64,000 nucleotides of DNA from Gammaproteobacteria bacterium (GTDB taxonomy: Bacteria; Pseudomonadota; Gammaproteobacteria; Ga0077536), in assembly GCA_965216305.1 (NCBI GenBank), contig OZ244144.1:5324941-5388940 (forward strand), given 5' to 3'. How positions within the stretch are numbered: the first letter of the stretch is position 1; every line of letters starts with the position of its first letter. Both the position numbers and the translations under genes were made by a program. Shown here piece after piece: positions 62,609 through 64,000 of the stretch. The notes under the pieces are model-generated. The model saw only the letters and a list, made by a program, of their open reading frames with translations. It made no database searches and was not told the origin of the DNA.

Positions 62609-63603
62609 GCAGCCATTGCTCCTTCATTGTTGTTTTCGTAGTGATTGATCAGCGCGAGTTGGGCACGCGCCGATTCCGTGCGATTGAAAGCCTGACGCAG
62701 GGCACCGCCGCCGGGCAGGCGAGCGGCGTACCAACCGACGTGTTTACGCGCGATGCGGGTACCCGCGCGCTCGCCGTAGAGTCCGTAGAGCGCATCGACG
62801 TGCGCGGCCATCGTGGCGCGAATCTGCGTCACGTCCGGCACCGCGGGCAACGGCGCGTTGCTCAAGGCTGCTTTCATTTCCCGGAAGATCCACGGGTTGC
62901 CGTATGCGGCGCGTCCGATCATGAGACCGTCGCACCGGGTGTACGCGAGCACGCGGGCCGCAACCGCCGGATCCGTGATATCGCCATTGGCGATTACCGG
63001 GATCGAAACTGTCTGCTTAACCGCCGCAATCGTGTCGTACTCCACCGCGCCCTTGAATGCGCAGGCTCGCGTGCGTCCGTGGATCGTGAGCGCGGCGACA
63101 CCGACATCTTCGGCCAGCCGGGCGATACGCGGCGCATTGCGGTGCGCCGGATCCCAGCCGGTTCTGAATTTGAGCGTCACCGGCACGTCAACCGCGTTGA
63201 CGACGGCGGACAACAGACTTGCAACGAGCGACTCGTCGCGCAGCAGCGCCGAACCGGCGGCTTTGTTGCACACCTTCTTCGCCGGACAACCCATATTGAT
63301 ATCTATCACGTCCGCGCCCTCGCCAACGCAATGCCGGGCGGCCTCCGCGAGCGCGAGTGGTTCGGCGCCGGCAATCTGGACGATACGGATCCCGGCGCCC
63401 GGCGCGAACTCGAGCCGGCGCCGAGATTTATCGCTGCCACGCAGTCGCGGATTGCTCGCGATCATTTCGGCCACGGCGTAATCGGCACCGTGGTCGAGAC
63501 ACAACGCGCGAAAGACACGATCGCTGACCCCCGCCATCGGCGCGACGACAAGCGGTTGCCTGAATTGAAATTTTCCCAGCCGGAAAGCCGCGTCGTATTC
63601 CAT
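62605..63603 (-). CDS. dusB: tRNA-dihydrouridine synthase B
   Basis: TIM-barrel flavin motifs with catalytic Cys (NMGCPAKKV); 332 aa. Upstream of fis. Confidence 0.95.
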   Translation of the reverse strand: MEYDAAFRLGKFQFRQPLVVAPMAGVSDRVFRALCLDHGADYAVAEMIASNPRLRGSDKSRRRLEFAPGAGIRIVQIAGAEPLALAEAARHCVGEGADVIDINMGCPAKKVCNKAAGSALLRDESLVASLLSAVVNAVDVPVTLKFRTGWDPAHRNAPRIARLAEDVGVAALTIHGRTRACAFKGAVEYDTIAAVKQTVSIPVIANGDITDPAVAARVLAYTRCDGLMIGRAAYGNPWIFREMKAALSNAPLPAVPDVTQIRATMAAHVDALYGLYGERAGTRIARKHVGWYAARLPGGGALRQAFNRTESARAQLALINHYENNNEGAMAA

Positions 63604-63862
63604 CCGTTCCAGTTTGCCGAGAGAAAGCTACCCTATTGCGGACTCGTGGCCCGTCAAATAAAGAGACGTTTAACGGAGTAATAGGTCGTCGCGGTCCGGG
63701 CTAAAGCGGGTGTGCTTCGATCCAGTCGTATTGATTCGACTTTGCGGAACGCACCGGCCGCGCGGGGTTGATGATAGCTACTTCGTTATAGCGACGAAAG
63801 GGCCAGACCGGACTTTTTTCGCCAACCCTGACGCAGCTGTTGCGGGCGCACGAACCCCGCGC

Positions 63863-64000
63863 CTACAGGAACGAGAACTCGAAACTTGCCGCCCGATCGC
63901 CACTTTGCGCCACCTCGAGCACGATGTAGACCGCGCGGCTTGGCGGCATACCGGCCGTGATGTCGATGCTCTTGTCGAGATATTCATGCGGGGCAAAACG
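63863..64000 (-). CDS. 3' end of an unidentified CDS running off the window (partial)
   Basis: Minus-strand frame reads ...FAPHEYLDKSIDITAGMPPSRAVYIVLEVAQSGDRAASFEFSFL*. Typical codon usage, but no family assignment. Confidence 0.3.
   Translation of the reverse strand, partial: RFAPHEYLDKSIDITAGMPPSRAVYIVLEVAQSGDRAASFEFSFL

Noticed and set aside
61486-63681. 731-aa + strand ORF spanning the antisense of purH, fis and dusB
   Set aside because: It crosses three real genes and their junctions in antisense. It is R/G-rich low-complexity and a classic high-GC artefact.

Overview
This 64 kb window is high-GC (about 65%) gammaproteobacterial chromosome, densely packed with conserved housekeeping genes. 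Synteny is Pseudomonas-like: yrbG-kdsD-kdsC-lptCAB, yebC-ruvCAB-ybgC-tolQRAB-pal-cpoB-queEC, aspS/nadA, nadD-rsfS-rlmH, leuS-lptE-holA, and purHD-fis-dusB. Two accessory loci stand out. The first is a truncated thiosulfate-oxidation cluster, soxX-soxY-soxZ-soxA, with no soxB or soxCD in the window. It lies between a BepA-like M48/TPR protease gene and a tRNA-Lys(UUU), and points to a sulfur-oxidising chemolithoautotroph, consistent with an Ectothiorhodospiraceae-like, Thioalkalivibrio-type genome. The second is a contiguous phosphate super-locus: phoB-phoR, then phoU-pstB-pstA-pstC-pstS on the opposite strand with very long PstC and PstA forms, then a lysine-tailed SAM-methyltransferase, ppk, ppx and a rhodanese. 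A smaller module of alpha/beta hydrolase, flavodoxin-like protein, Rieske oxygenase, lipocalin-like protein and RraA-like protein lies next to hemF. Many starts in the supplied ORF track are over-extended; the track evidently accepts GTG and TTG starts and extends to the furthest one. Where homolog N-termini, signal peptides or Shine-Dalgarno spacing allowed, I re-called the start. I found no CRISPR array, integrase, transposase or clear defence island. The unusual observations are domain-level ones and candidate regulatory sites; none amounts to a novel system.
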